A stretch of DNA of 64,000 nt, taken from assembly GCA_037447605.1 (NCBI GenBank), contig CM074816.1:1069873-1133872 (forward strand), in the 5' to 3' direction. Below the pieces are notes generated by a model. It was given only the letters and a program-made list of their open reading frames with translations. It ran no database searches and was not told the DNA's origin. Within the stretch, counting starts at the first letter, position 1, and every line of letters begins with the position of its first letter. This DNA is from Zygnema circumcarinatum SAG 698-1b. Its lineage: Eukaryota; Plantae; Zygnematophyceae. Of the stretch, positions 11,293 through 22,580 are shown piece after piece. The translations under genes were made by a program, and so were the position numbers.

Positions 11293-11703
11293 TATAGCTC
11301 CGTATGTATCAAACGTGTGTATTAATACACTGTATAATACATGCGTATTATACAACATTTAAAAATACAGTGTATTTTTAATGTATTTAACGTATTTTTT
11401 TTATTTTCGTGCTTAGTTGAACAAAGATTGATTATAATATTGAAATTCCAGCACTTGCCAAGTCACGTCACTTGCCAAACATTCAACAGGTGTGACTTGG
11501 TCCGTACATGTTGGTACACCTCTTCCGTACATAATTTCCGTATGGATATATGTTCCGATTGTACGGCTGTTAACAGTTGCGTTAAGGTATTATACAGTGT
11601 ATAATACAGTATTAATACCGTATTATACATTGTATCGATCCTAAAAGAGGAAGTGATGATATATTGAACCTGATATCCTAAAAGTGTATAATACGGAGCT
11701 ATA
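11293..11703. mobile_element. Non-autonomous TIR DNA transposon (MITE), 411 bp, 8-bp TSD
   Basis: 13-bp perfect TIR TATAGCTCCGTAT / ATACGGAGCTATA; TSD GAACAAAC at 11285-11292 and 11704-11711; AT-rich interior with subterminal GTAT(T/A)ATAC palindromes. Confidence 0.88.
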
Positions 11704-11711
11704 GAACAAAC

Positions 11712-11850
11712 TTGTCGGCCGCGTCACGTCACGATGGGCATATGCCGGCCCGCATCATGAGCAGCAACTTAGTGCATTGCAAGTTCCTAGCTGCTATACA
11801 TTAACAATCCCCCGATTCGTACTTGGTTTCCTCTGGGCCCTCGTCCCATG
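11712..11850 (-). mobile_element. Copia fragment: pol end + PPT + start of 3' LTR (further family)
   Basis: CAACTTAGTG...TACATTAACA|ATCCCCC (LTR edge 11806) followed by TTCCTCTGGGCCCT, mirroring the element A junction at 1901-1940. Confidence 0.55.
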
Positions 11851-13099
11851 AGACACTACTCTGGAAAGTAGCCAGGAAATGTGAGAAATGCCACGTCAGA
11901 TAACGGGACGGAAATGCGGCATGGTAAGTACATGCGCTGAAAACCCTCTAAACGTGACGTGACACGACGGGATATTTCTCAGTTCGACGGTCCGTTGAAT
12001 CCTTGGACGGTTTGCACAACTGAGAGTCGAACTTGTTGCACGGAATGGTAGGGCCACGTGGCAAGCGATGCGCCGAATCGGGAGCTGCCACTTGACACAA
12101 ACTTCAAAGAACGAGACTCGATTGTTTTTAGGATTATGGGAGCACTCATTTGCGTAGTTTTCCGCTCCTACCTTTTTATTTGTTTTTGCTTTACTTTATT
12201 TTATCGACGTAGGTCCTTTGCAACCAGTTTCTTGTGGTTCTCGATGCTGCTTTTGTTCATGTATATTTGATGGCCTCGCCATCGTGAGATCAATGCCATT
12301 TTCCCTCTTTCGTTTGCATCAGTGGCGGATGGCAATGTCGCCAGAGCCCTCGGTTTGGTAAAAGATCGATGTGTAGAGCTGGCATGTCTCGTTACATGGT
12401 ACAGAGTTGTAATTAAAAAAGAAAAGGGGAGGAAGCCGTTGGTGTCCTCTGTTCGTATACATGTTTCCTTCATTTTGTTCATATTCCTTGACCTTTTCGT
12501 TCTCTTCTTTCTCTCGTTTTGTCCATTATTTGACTCCCAGTCTCACCTTGTTCTTTTCGTTGCTCCTTTTTTCGTTTTACGCACAGCCCACACTCTTTCT
12601 TTCCACTTGCTTCATTTTGACTTGGAAGTGAAACAGACGATATGGAAGGTGATTCACCACTAAGGACTCCTGCCAAAGAGAATCGCAAAAAAATACCTTC
12701 ACGGCTGCAAAAACACATATCTAAGTTGAAGAGTAACAGTACAATAAATGAATAAATCAGGAAAAGGGGGGAAAAAAGGCAAAGCTCGGTCATTAGATGG
12801 AAAGAGCAACCGATTGTGCCACCAATAGGAAAGTCTCGACCTCTCCAATATTAAAAGAAACCTTTTCAAATGACAATCTGGATATACATTCTGCGGGCCC
12901 TGCTTTACATGCTCCTCCTGTGGCGATGTTCATCGAACGGAACACAAACTGTGATATTCACGTGGAACGTCGCCAGCTCGACACAGTCAGTCAGTCCGGC
13001 TGCCTGCAAAGACACTCTAAACCTTTGCCTCTCCTGTCCTACCCCTTTGAGATAAAGTCACGCGTCACGCTTTTTGCAGGCTGACCTACAGCTTTGATT

Positions 13100-14884
13100 C
13101 TACTTCTTCTTTCCAGCCACTGTGACCTTCTTTCCGCGCCGCGTCCTGGCATTGCACTTTGTGTGCTGCCCTCGGCATGGGAGGCTGGCAATGTGCCGCT
13201 TTCCGCGATAGCATTGGATGTCCTTCAACCGCTTGATGTTCATGATTGTAAATCGCTTCTGCACATTTAAACAAGGAGCAGAAGCAGAGTTCAGCGAATT
13301 GCCTAGGTCACCAGTTCAGAAAAGCTTCAGAATTTGTGAAGCTGCAGCAATTCAGCGGCTTTCAACATGGGGTGTTTGAAATACCTGAACTCTAAAAACT
13401 CGAGACTTTCGGTGTTATAGTTGCATTTGAGATAAGGAAGGACATGCGGAGAGTTTAATCATAGCGTCGTTTATTCTAAGTATGCAGCCAGATAGAGTAC
13501 GCAGAATCCGAAAATAGGCAGTGAAACAGAGGAGAATGTGAGAGTAAAGAGGGAGTGAAGTACGCAGTATCAGGGGGGAGCATAGATGAGCAGATGCAGG
13601 AGAAGTGAGTATACCGTGGAAGAAGAGGAGAGGGAGTCCAAAACAGAGGGGGAGGGAGAGAAAGCGAGAGGTGCCCATACCAAGTCTCCCTCCGTCATGT
13701 ACTTGCTGACCTCCTCACGAATGGCTGTGAGCTCCTCCTCGCTGAGCTCCTTCGTGAGCTTATTTTCCATGCTGAGGTCCAGCAGCACCTGGCGGGCCGT
13801 CGTCACTCCCACGCCGTGGATGTATGTGAGGGAGGTCTCAATGCGCTTGCTGTTGGGGATCTCTATTCCCGCAACACGAGCACATCGAATATTGAGACCG
13901 CGGTATGCGGGAGTCACCTGAACCATAGTCATCACAAACACCAGCTTTAGTTTCAGTGAGTTTCAGTTTCAGTACAGCTCAGTAAGGGATTCGACTTCAT
14001 TCGAATATGGAGGCTAAGGCTTCGCTGCTAACGTTCAGGCACAGTCATAAGTGAACAGAAAGTACAGCCATTCCTGTTAAATTCTTGAAAAAATTATGCG
14101 CATTCAGTAGGGAATATTGCGGAATTGGATCGCGAGAAATAACATGGAGCACGAGCACAATTTTCTTCACTGCGTCGTTCATTTCTTTTACTTTCGCTTT
14201 TCTGTAGCTTGAAGCGTGAAACTTTCCAGCCTGCATGTAGAAATGGGCTCCTAAAAATTGCCTGAAAACAACGCCGAGCACTGTCCAATAATCGCCCCTC
14301 CTAACCCTAGATGCTTTACATGGTAACCCCAACAGTAACTCAGCCCAAGAGCGCGAAATCTCAATGCCACTGAATAGTGTGACCCATGCATGTGCGATGT
14401 CTGACTCATTCAAGGAGACTAGGCACTGCGCTTGCACGTCCTAAGCCATGTCCTGCATTCTGCAATGCGACATCATCTGATACCCCTACATCATCATGTC
14501 CAGCGGCGAACCATGCATCATGCGTTATAGCACATTGCGTCCTCAATCGTTTCCCGCGACACCGATGAAATCTTTACACAATGTTCCATCACATCGTCGA
14601 GAATCCTACACTGAAATGCTCTGTACACTGCTCAATCAGAGGCACCTCAAGCGTCGCTTCAAGCTGAATTCCAAACCGACGGTCACTTTCCGACTACAAA
14701 TTAGCCCATTTTATAACATGGACCGCAATAGTGTGAGCGCTTCCACGAAGAGCCATCCAAAACTCACCCTCGAGACACTGGCAGTCGCAGGAGCAGACGC
14801 ATCCGACTGCCTCCTCAGCCCTGCGTGCGCGCTGGCCTGCATGAGCGACAGGCTGCCAAGACGAGAGGCGAGGGCCGCCGCCAT
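13100..14884 (-). CDS. RPS13: Plastid 30S ribosomal protein S13, nucleus-encoded; exons 14884-14768, 13917-13681, 13258-13100 (170 aa)
   Basis: [29 protein letters not shown]|[22 protein letters not shown]...[17 protein letters not shown]; Ala/Ser-rich transit peptide in exon 1; all GT-AG phase-0 junctions. Confidence 0.95.
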
Positions 14885-16737
14885 GGCTGCCAAGCTCTCC
14901 GCCCGCTGCAAACCCTAATTTTTGCCACTCCCCCTCAAATGAGCACGCGACCGGCTGCCCTTCTCCGAAACCCTAATTCCCTGTCCCACCCCAACGAATA
15001 CCTCGGAAAAAGGTTTAAGGGTTTCACGGTGAAGCGACAGCCGTCGATTTCGTTGAATCAACGGTTCTGGAGTCGCGATGGGACTGGATAAGGACATACA
15101 GTGAACCGCCGGCTGCCACGTCCCCGCTCATGTGCCGAACTCGAGGGCCTTTTCTCCCTTTGTGGACTATTCAGTACAGCAACGTCCACTCAGACCTCGC
15201 CACGTGCTCAATTGTACCACGTGGCAAAATTCCATTGGATGGTGGCCGACTAGAAAAACGGCCCTGAGTCACGCAACTCGTTCCCTGGGCCATTCCGGTT
15301 TGGAAAAGTGCCACAAATGTATGGATGGAATGGATTGGCATTGAACTCGCCATGGCGTGGCCATCACATGAACAACAACAAAGGAAAGCAAGATAGACTA
15401 GCTACATAGCCTACATTATAGGGCAGCCTAGGATTGAGGTTTAATTGCCTTACGACCTAGGGCCTAGGGCCTAGGCGTTGTGCATTGATACCTACACACT
15501 TTCATGATGCTTTCAAGAGTTTTGGTGCGCTATTTTGGCTTTGTTAGTTTTTCTTTGGAAGTAGATTTCCGTTTCGAGGCTTTCGTCCTTTGTGACCGCT
15601 TCATCTAGTTCCCTATGTTGATTTTATCCATGTACCTTGATGGCTTGCCATCGTGAGTTCAACTAAATGAATGTCCCTCTTTGGGGTGACATTACAAGGG
15701 GACGGGATCCATAGGGGGTACAGTACATTCAACTGCATGGGCCAATCCTGAGTTGACACGTAAGGGAAGAGATGTGACATTGATCTCACTACAGCGATAC
15801 GGAACCATCAAAAGTACACGGACAGAATCATCATGGAAAACCACGAGAACTGGTCACAAAGGACCTAGGGACAAAAGAAAAAAGCTATGGGCGAAAAGCT
15901 ACGTCTAGCCACATAGGCATTGTGTCGGATGTGGAGAGCTGCAATTGATTCATGCGTCACAGGGTACCCTCAATCTATTTCCGCCAAGTTTTGCAGCCCA
16001 TTAGTTGTTACACTTGTTCGTAGCACGATGCCACAAGTCACCCTACATACAAACCCTCCGGGTACCTGAAAGCTTCTGGTGGGTGCGGAAAGCAGCGGCA
16101 AGCAGAAGTCAGCGTGCTAAAGGGCCTGCAGACTATCTGGAATGACAGATCAGTGGAAGACTTAAAGGCTGGGTGGGAAGGGGTGGGGGAGGGGCCAGGA
16201 AAGGGGGAAAGATGGGGATGAGGGAAGGTGCAGGTCGGAGGAAGAGGGAGGAGAATGTGTTGGTAGAGGGAAGGGCGGGACAGAGGAGACCAGAACGGCC
16301 GAGTAGTGGAGGCAGGAGAGGGAAGGGGCAGCAAGGCGGGGGGCATGGGCTGAACGCTTAACCCGTAAACGTCAGGAGATTGATGTAAATGTTTTAACCC
16401 AACTAACACTTGGAATCATGGTGACAGCATGAGCATGTTGTAGGTCAGAGCTCACACATTAAAACCCTGAAAAACGTGCCGACCTGCTCTCGACACGAAC
16501 ACTACATTGGAGGATGAAGCGATGATGGCACGGCTGGTGGGTATGTGCACTCCGTCATGCCTGAAGGGCTGTGCCACGCGTACAGCACAGTTCAGTTGGA
16601 GCACCATGCATTGGTCCCATACACATCTAATGACGCAACGCCAGCATATATTTCAACTGTGGCTGGCCTCGTTCTCTCCTCTCGCCCCCGTACAAATCCT
16701 TCGTAATTTCCGGCATTGCTAAAAATCCCGCGAACCC

Positions 16738-19700
16738 TCACTTTGAACGTCGGGGCAGTTCCCCCTTCATAATGCCATCCAGTAGAAGCTGCCTATAGTA
16801 AGTGCTATTGTGCCCAGTGAGGGGAGAGAAACCTGCTACTACTGGAGGACACGGTTCAGCTCCTTTGCCAACAGAACCAGGTGCCCAGTTGCTACTAGGC
16901 TTTCCTCTTTTATGAACTTCTGAAGCACATTGTTCTACTTGAGTATTGTAATCCGCTCTGAACTCGAGAGCGAATGGCTTTCCAACCTTTGTTCTTACAA
17001 TGTGGCTGTTCTGCAGGGCAATCGGCTGGAGGGATCTACCATCCTTAGCAGAAAACTTCGAACCCACCTTTATTGATGGGAGCATTCGAAGTAGCGTTAT
17101 CAATGGCGGACTTCTTACGTCGCCTTCTCTGTCCTTCTCTGTCATTTCGAAAGCCAACCAACCAGCATATGATGTCATTACTTGTGATATGTCGAGAGGC
17201 GTGCCTGCCGAGAGGAAAATGGATTTGGAGAGGGAGAGCGAGAGAGAACCCCTCCAATGAAGAGAGGGACCCCTCCAATGAATTTACATTCACAAAATCT
17301 TATCTTTTCACGATGGAAATGAATGGCAAAGTCCATTTGTGGGTATATACAGAGCAGTTAAGGCGAATTCTCAGGGAAACTCACCGACAGGCAGCAAGAT
17401 AGGCCTCCAATGTCTGTGTGGCTTCCTCAGAAAAAATCATCCATGACTCCCTCCCACAGCCTCCTGAACTGGTTGTGTCCCACATTTTATTCTTTTGAGC
17501 CTCGGGTAGATCTGTACTGGAATAAGGATGCGAATCCAACGTGCATCAAAATCCTAGCAGGAAAGTCCACAAAAGAAGACCCTGTATACTAATTTAGGAG
17601 GTCAGGCATGGCGCAGGCAGCCTTGTCGACTCTTCTCCATTAACTCGACCAGTTATTGACTTCTGGACTGTGGACAATCAATAGCGGCTATGGCTCTGAT
17701 GGCTTCAAGAGGAAAAATCAGAGGAAGCTCAACAATACAACCGCACAAAGCACAAAATCACCATGCTCTTTACACTTTAGAAAATTATCAACACGACCTT
17801 TCTATGCTTTTGGTTCAAGTTTCTACATCGCGAGTCGGCTACTTGAGTATTGAATGGAGACATGCCACAGTTGCGTCATTGGATTCCCCATCAGACTATC
17901 TCACAGCATCTCTGCATCTCTAATTACCAGGGATGATTAACCAGTTCCGGCAATTCATCGCTCTTAAAATGGATGAGTCGCACCTCTCATAACTGTTTGC
18001 AAGCCTCGATGGATGATGTTGAGGCGCCAAAAGGACCGACCAAACGGATCCACCAGCAGCGGCTTGGTGTGCAACGAGTTCGACGCAGTAAGGCGTCCTG
18101 CAAAACCAAACGAGCTTGATCATCCCTTTCATTAACTTCTTCAGCAGTTCTTTTAAGAGAAACGACGTGCACAAAAAGAAAAGCTTCGAAGAAGACTCTA
18201 AAATGCGTTGCACAGTGCGGCCATAGGAGAGACATCAGCAGAGACATGGTATTGAGCCGATATCTAATGAATAGTCTGAACAGACACAGGCTACTGATAC
18301 GTATTAGGCCAGTCTTGCGGAGAACGAAAGCTAAGAAACGTACTTGACGTGCATAAGAGGTCGAACAGAAAGTGCTGAGCAGTGCACAGCAGCACCCCCC
18401 CCCCCCCCCCCCCCCNNNNNNNNNNCCCCCCCCCCCCCCCCCTCCTTTGCAGCATAGTGCGAATGGAGTTCCATCATAACAGACAGCCACGATATGACTA
18501 CTAACGACAGGAGAAGTGTGAGGGGTTCTGAATCCACATAAAAATAATGCAGCAGCCTTTGCTCTTGCTCTTTGAGAGAATTAGTTTCAAGGATTGGTTC
18601 AATACACAAAAAATCGATAACAAAATAGAACAACATGAACAACACCATAGCTATACCTTTGGAGCGTGTGACTGCGAGAACTTTGCTGTTTGCATTTTCA
18701 AGCTTCCGTCGACTGTCTTCCAAATTGCGACGATGCTTTCTCAATGCAGCTTCATCATTGCGTGGTTTTTTCTGAAGACTCGCAATCTGCAAGGTTTTTG
18801 ATATCTCGTCTTGCGTCCTCCTCGACTCCTTCGCTTCCTTGGCCTGCACAACTCTGCTGGTTTAGTCAAGATAATTCTGATACTGATCAAGCCATTTTCT
18901 GTCTCCAACTCAGGTGTGTCACCCGGATGTATTGAGCAGAAAAACATATGAAGTCCTATTTACAGACAGATACCCGCACTCTACACAACGGAGCAATTAG
19001 CCAATAGACCTAGATTCACAAAGACACAGATAATCGTCATCTGTGGATATCATCATAGGACTTTCAACAATGATTGAGATATGAGCAAATGGCAGACAAG
19101 CGCCAATCTCTTTCAAATAGTGCTTTTTTTGTGCCTTACACGCGAAAGCAGTTTCCTTTGGCAGTCAAGAGAGGAGTAATGTACCTCTTTGCGAGCGGCG
19201 GCTACTACTTCGCGATTTTCTTTCTGTTTTTCCTCATTTTCTGCAAAATTTGCTTCAATGTAGTCCCTGAATGTACTGCATTGAGGAACGAGATGATTTA
19301 GCTTGTTGGTTTGGCCCTAATTACTCTACGACGACATCAGTGACTCGTTCAAGTGTATTGATAAAAAATGGTATCTACGCCACAATTTTGAAAGTGATGA
19401 TGTAAATATGCACAGGTGAATAAGACAATTCCCTGGAACATGCGGAGAGGTTTGAGTGACAAAGACTTAAAGCTTTCCATTTTCATAAGCAGTGGCAGGG
19501 TAAAGGGTTCTGAACTCACTCAGTGTCGAGCGCATCGTCACAGAGCAAGTTAAGTATTTCCAACTTTTCTCGCACCCTCAGCTCCGTATAACCCTCTGCT
19601 CCTTTAGCCAGCTGTAAGGAAACTCGAGTCAAACCATTTCTGGCATCCTCCATCGCTTCAGAGGGCGTCTTTTTGCTATCAGATGTACCATGTTTCAAAT

Positions 19701-20778
19701 CTTTGAATTTGTCATTCTGAGACTCTAAGTCGGATCCTGAACTGCTGCTATAGCTCGAACCCCTTTCATGCAATACAGGTTCAGCAAGAATCGCGCTCCA
19801 ACTGATAGGAGGACAAGTATGTTCTGTAAGGTGTTCGCTGAGCACTGCAAGCCATGAATCCTTTCCTGAAGATGTTGTCGTGACGATGCACCTGCAAGAC
19901 CGACCAAGAAAGCGAAGGATCTTCATCAGCTGGCTTTATGGAAAAGAGAAAAAGAAAATAAAAAGGGAACGGAGTCCAGCATACTCTATATTCCTTCTAT
20001 TGGCGTAAATCCAATTGAAAAAGGGAGGAGTAGCAGCCAGCTGCTATTATCCAACTGACGTCATGATGGTGAAAGTATCGCATTAAAAATACTCCACCAC
20101 TGACAAACCTTTTGGAAAATGATTGGAATGGACTTACTCATTGGACTCGGTCGAACAGATGACCTTCAGCAATCGTACGTGAAGTTGGACAAGTATGGAC
20201 TGGTTTTGCCTGCGCAATGCTCCTCCCTTAAGCTCCTTTAGGAGGTTTTGAACTTGGCCAGGTTCAAGGCCAAGAAGCTGGCAAACGAACACACATATAA
20301 TCAAGAATAAGTTTAACTATAATAACTGAGTTTCATAGATCTATATTGTTCAATTCACTAGTTGAATGGCAGAATACCATTAACTAGAGTAAAAATGATA
20401 CAGCAAGGATAAAGAGTGGAATTCTTAACAATCTATAGGCTTTCATGAGCTAATTGCCGCTGCTTTCATTCTGCAAAAGGTGTGAACTTCCTTTCACGAT
20501 GCTTCACTTGGAAAGGGTTGAGCTGGAGAAGTCAGTACACAAGACATTACCTTAGAAAAAGCATGAAAAAACTCCGTTAGCTGCAGAACATCTGAGATGA
20601 GGTCCTCCTCAAACTCAACACCGTTCACCGCAGTCAACTTCCTTCCCATAGGTAGCAGCCCCGCCAGCCTCTCCTTGTGCGGCGTGTTGCAGGCTGAGCT
20701 TGACTGAGCGCACTCCTGAGCATCCTTATCCATTGACCCGCTCCTTTCATCATTGCTCGAAATATCAGAAACTTCCAT
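16738..20778 (-). CDS. DDT/WHIM1/WSD-domain chromatin protein (DDT-related, ISWI-partner type), about 6 exons
   Basis: DDT-like LLPMGRKLTAVNGVEF...LQLTEFFHAFSK|LLGLEPGQVQNLLKEL...LVQLHVRLL; WHIM1-like GYTELRVREKLEILNLLCDDALDT; coiled-coil exon; WSD-like HTKPLLVDPFGRSFWRL and ESWMIFSEE. The start and last exon are uncertain. Confidence 0.75.
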
Positions 20779-22580
20779 TTTTCTCTATGCAAAATATTGT
20801 ATGGCTCTTGTCTCCAGGTGATAAGGATTCCAAAAGATTTGGTTCTGCACTTGACAAATGTCTGAGCTGGAGCAAAAAACACGTCTGTATTTTTTTCTTT
20901 TTGGCAGCACTATCGAGAGTGATGGTTTGCAGGAGAGGTTGCAATATCCACTTTCAGATCATTTGGAGTCCATAAAAACTGCTGCAGTATGCACTTTACG
21001 CGAAAATGTTCACATAATGTGAGCGCGAAATGTCACTGAAGCCGACGTGGATATGTGGAATGTGCTTTCGATCCAAAACTCCTAATGCATGCCTGCCTGC
21101 CTGCCTGCTCTTTGCACGGTAAGTCTACAGCCTGCCCTGCCCTGTGCAGCCAGCCAGCCAGCACGAAGGCCTCCCTGCCTCCCCTAAACCGGAGCTGCTT
21201 CATCCCTCCCTCCGGTGCAGGCCCGCCAGAAATCGACCGCGCAAATTCCCATTCAAAATTCAATTTTCTACTCGTCGTCCAAAATTTCAGCTTTGTACGG
21301 CAATCCTGCTCCGGTAAGGGCACCATGAAAACCGTACGGCAGATTACCGTACGGATTCTTCCGTACACATTACAGTACTGTATGGAGCTCCAAAAGTTCG
21401 GACCCGCGGTCGTCACATGAGTGCATGAGCAACACGACCCTCCCTGGTCGCGCCCGGAAACGCGAGCCACTCGGCGTGGGGAACCATGTGTGAAAATTGG
21501 ACCATGCAGGCAATACGGGCCTATGACGGGACAAACGAAATTGCTTTCAACTTCATTAGTCGTTAGTCCTTCAATCCATTACTCTAGGCCTTCACTTTTT
21601 GCCATTCGTCTAGCCAACTCTAGTCAATGCCGTCCATACAGTACTCCAACATGCATGTATGCAAGCATCGGCCGATGGCATTCCCAATGTCCTAGGTCAC
21701 TTGCAAGAGGGGGAGTTAGAAAACAACTCCAGTTAAAACTTGCAAGTTCAACAACAAGCGCGCAGTCCTTGACCCAATGTCCAATCCACCCTGAACAGCG
21801 CCGCCCATGAGTCCGGTGAGCAGGATCCGCGGCCGCCTCCGATCACCAGTTCTGCCACCGCCAGATTTTGGCCTCCTCAAGCCGTGCTGCCATTGGCTCC
21901 GTCGATCTTGGAACGGAATTTTTATTTCGCACGCGCAGAAGATGCCGTGACTTCTGGCGAGGGAGGCGCCACACGGCGCCCGGAGAGCCTCCTGTCCGCT
22001 GGCCCGTCTTGAATTGAAGGGAGTACTCTGCACCATTCAGAATGTACAAACCTTGGATCGTAAAGGTACTGGTTTCAATTTGTAAGGTACGATAGGCTGA
22101 ATGACGGGAACATGAGAAATGGGTAATGCATTTGGTCTTGGGGTGGATTTCCATGCAAGCCTGACCAGTTCCTCGTGGTTCCCCATGCTGATTTTGGCCG
22201 TGTACATTTGATGGCAGCTCAATGCCACATCCTTCGCAGTTCCGTGCTTCTTTTCAGTGCATTCTTCTTCGGCATGGACCAATTGGATCCTGCCACGAAA
22301 GGATTGTTGACACGTGGCGATCTGTGACTGGATCATTCGTTTTAGGGTCACTGTTCCGTACCCGGTACGGCGCGGTACCCTCGAATGGATTTCCACCCCT
22401 GAGAAGTTCGGAAGCTTTTGTTGCAACTTGCTGGTATGATATTTCAACAGGGGGATTCATAGTTTGAGGTACTACGGTAAGAGTGGGGAGAGGGAGAGTG
22501 AAGGAGAGGGAGAGAGAGAGGAGAAGAGTATTGTATTGTGTTTGAGAGAGCGGTGGGACAGTTCCTTTTCTAGATCTGAA

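Noticed and set aside
21690-21725. AAGAGGGGGAGTTAG, resembling a copia PPT plus LTR start
   Set aside because: It lacks the TG terminus, with no recognisable RNase H upstream and no LTR partner.
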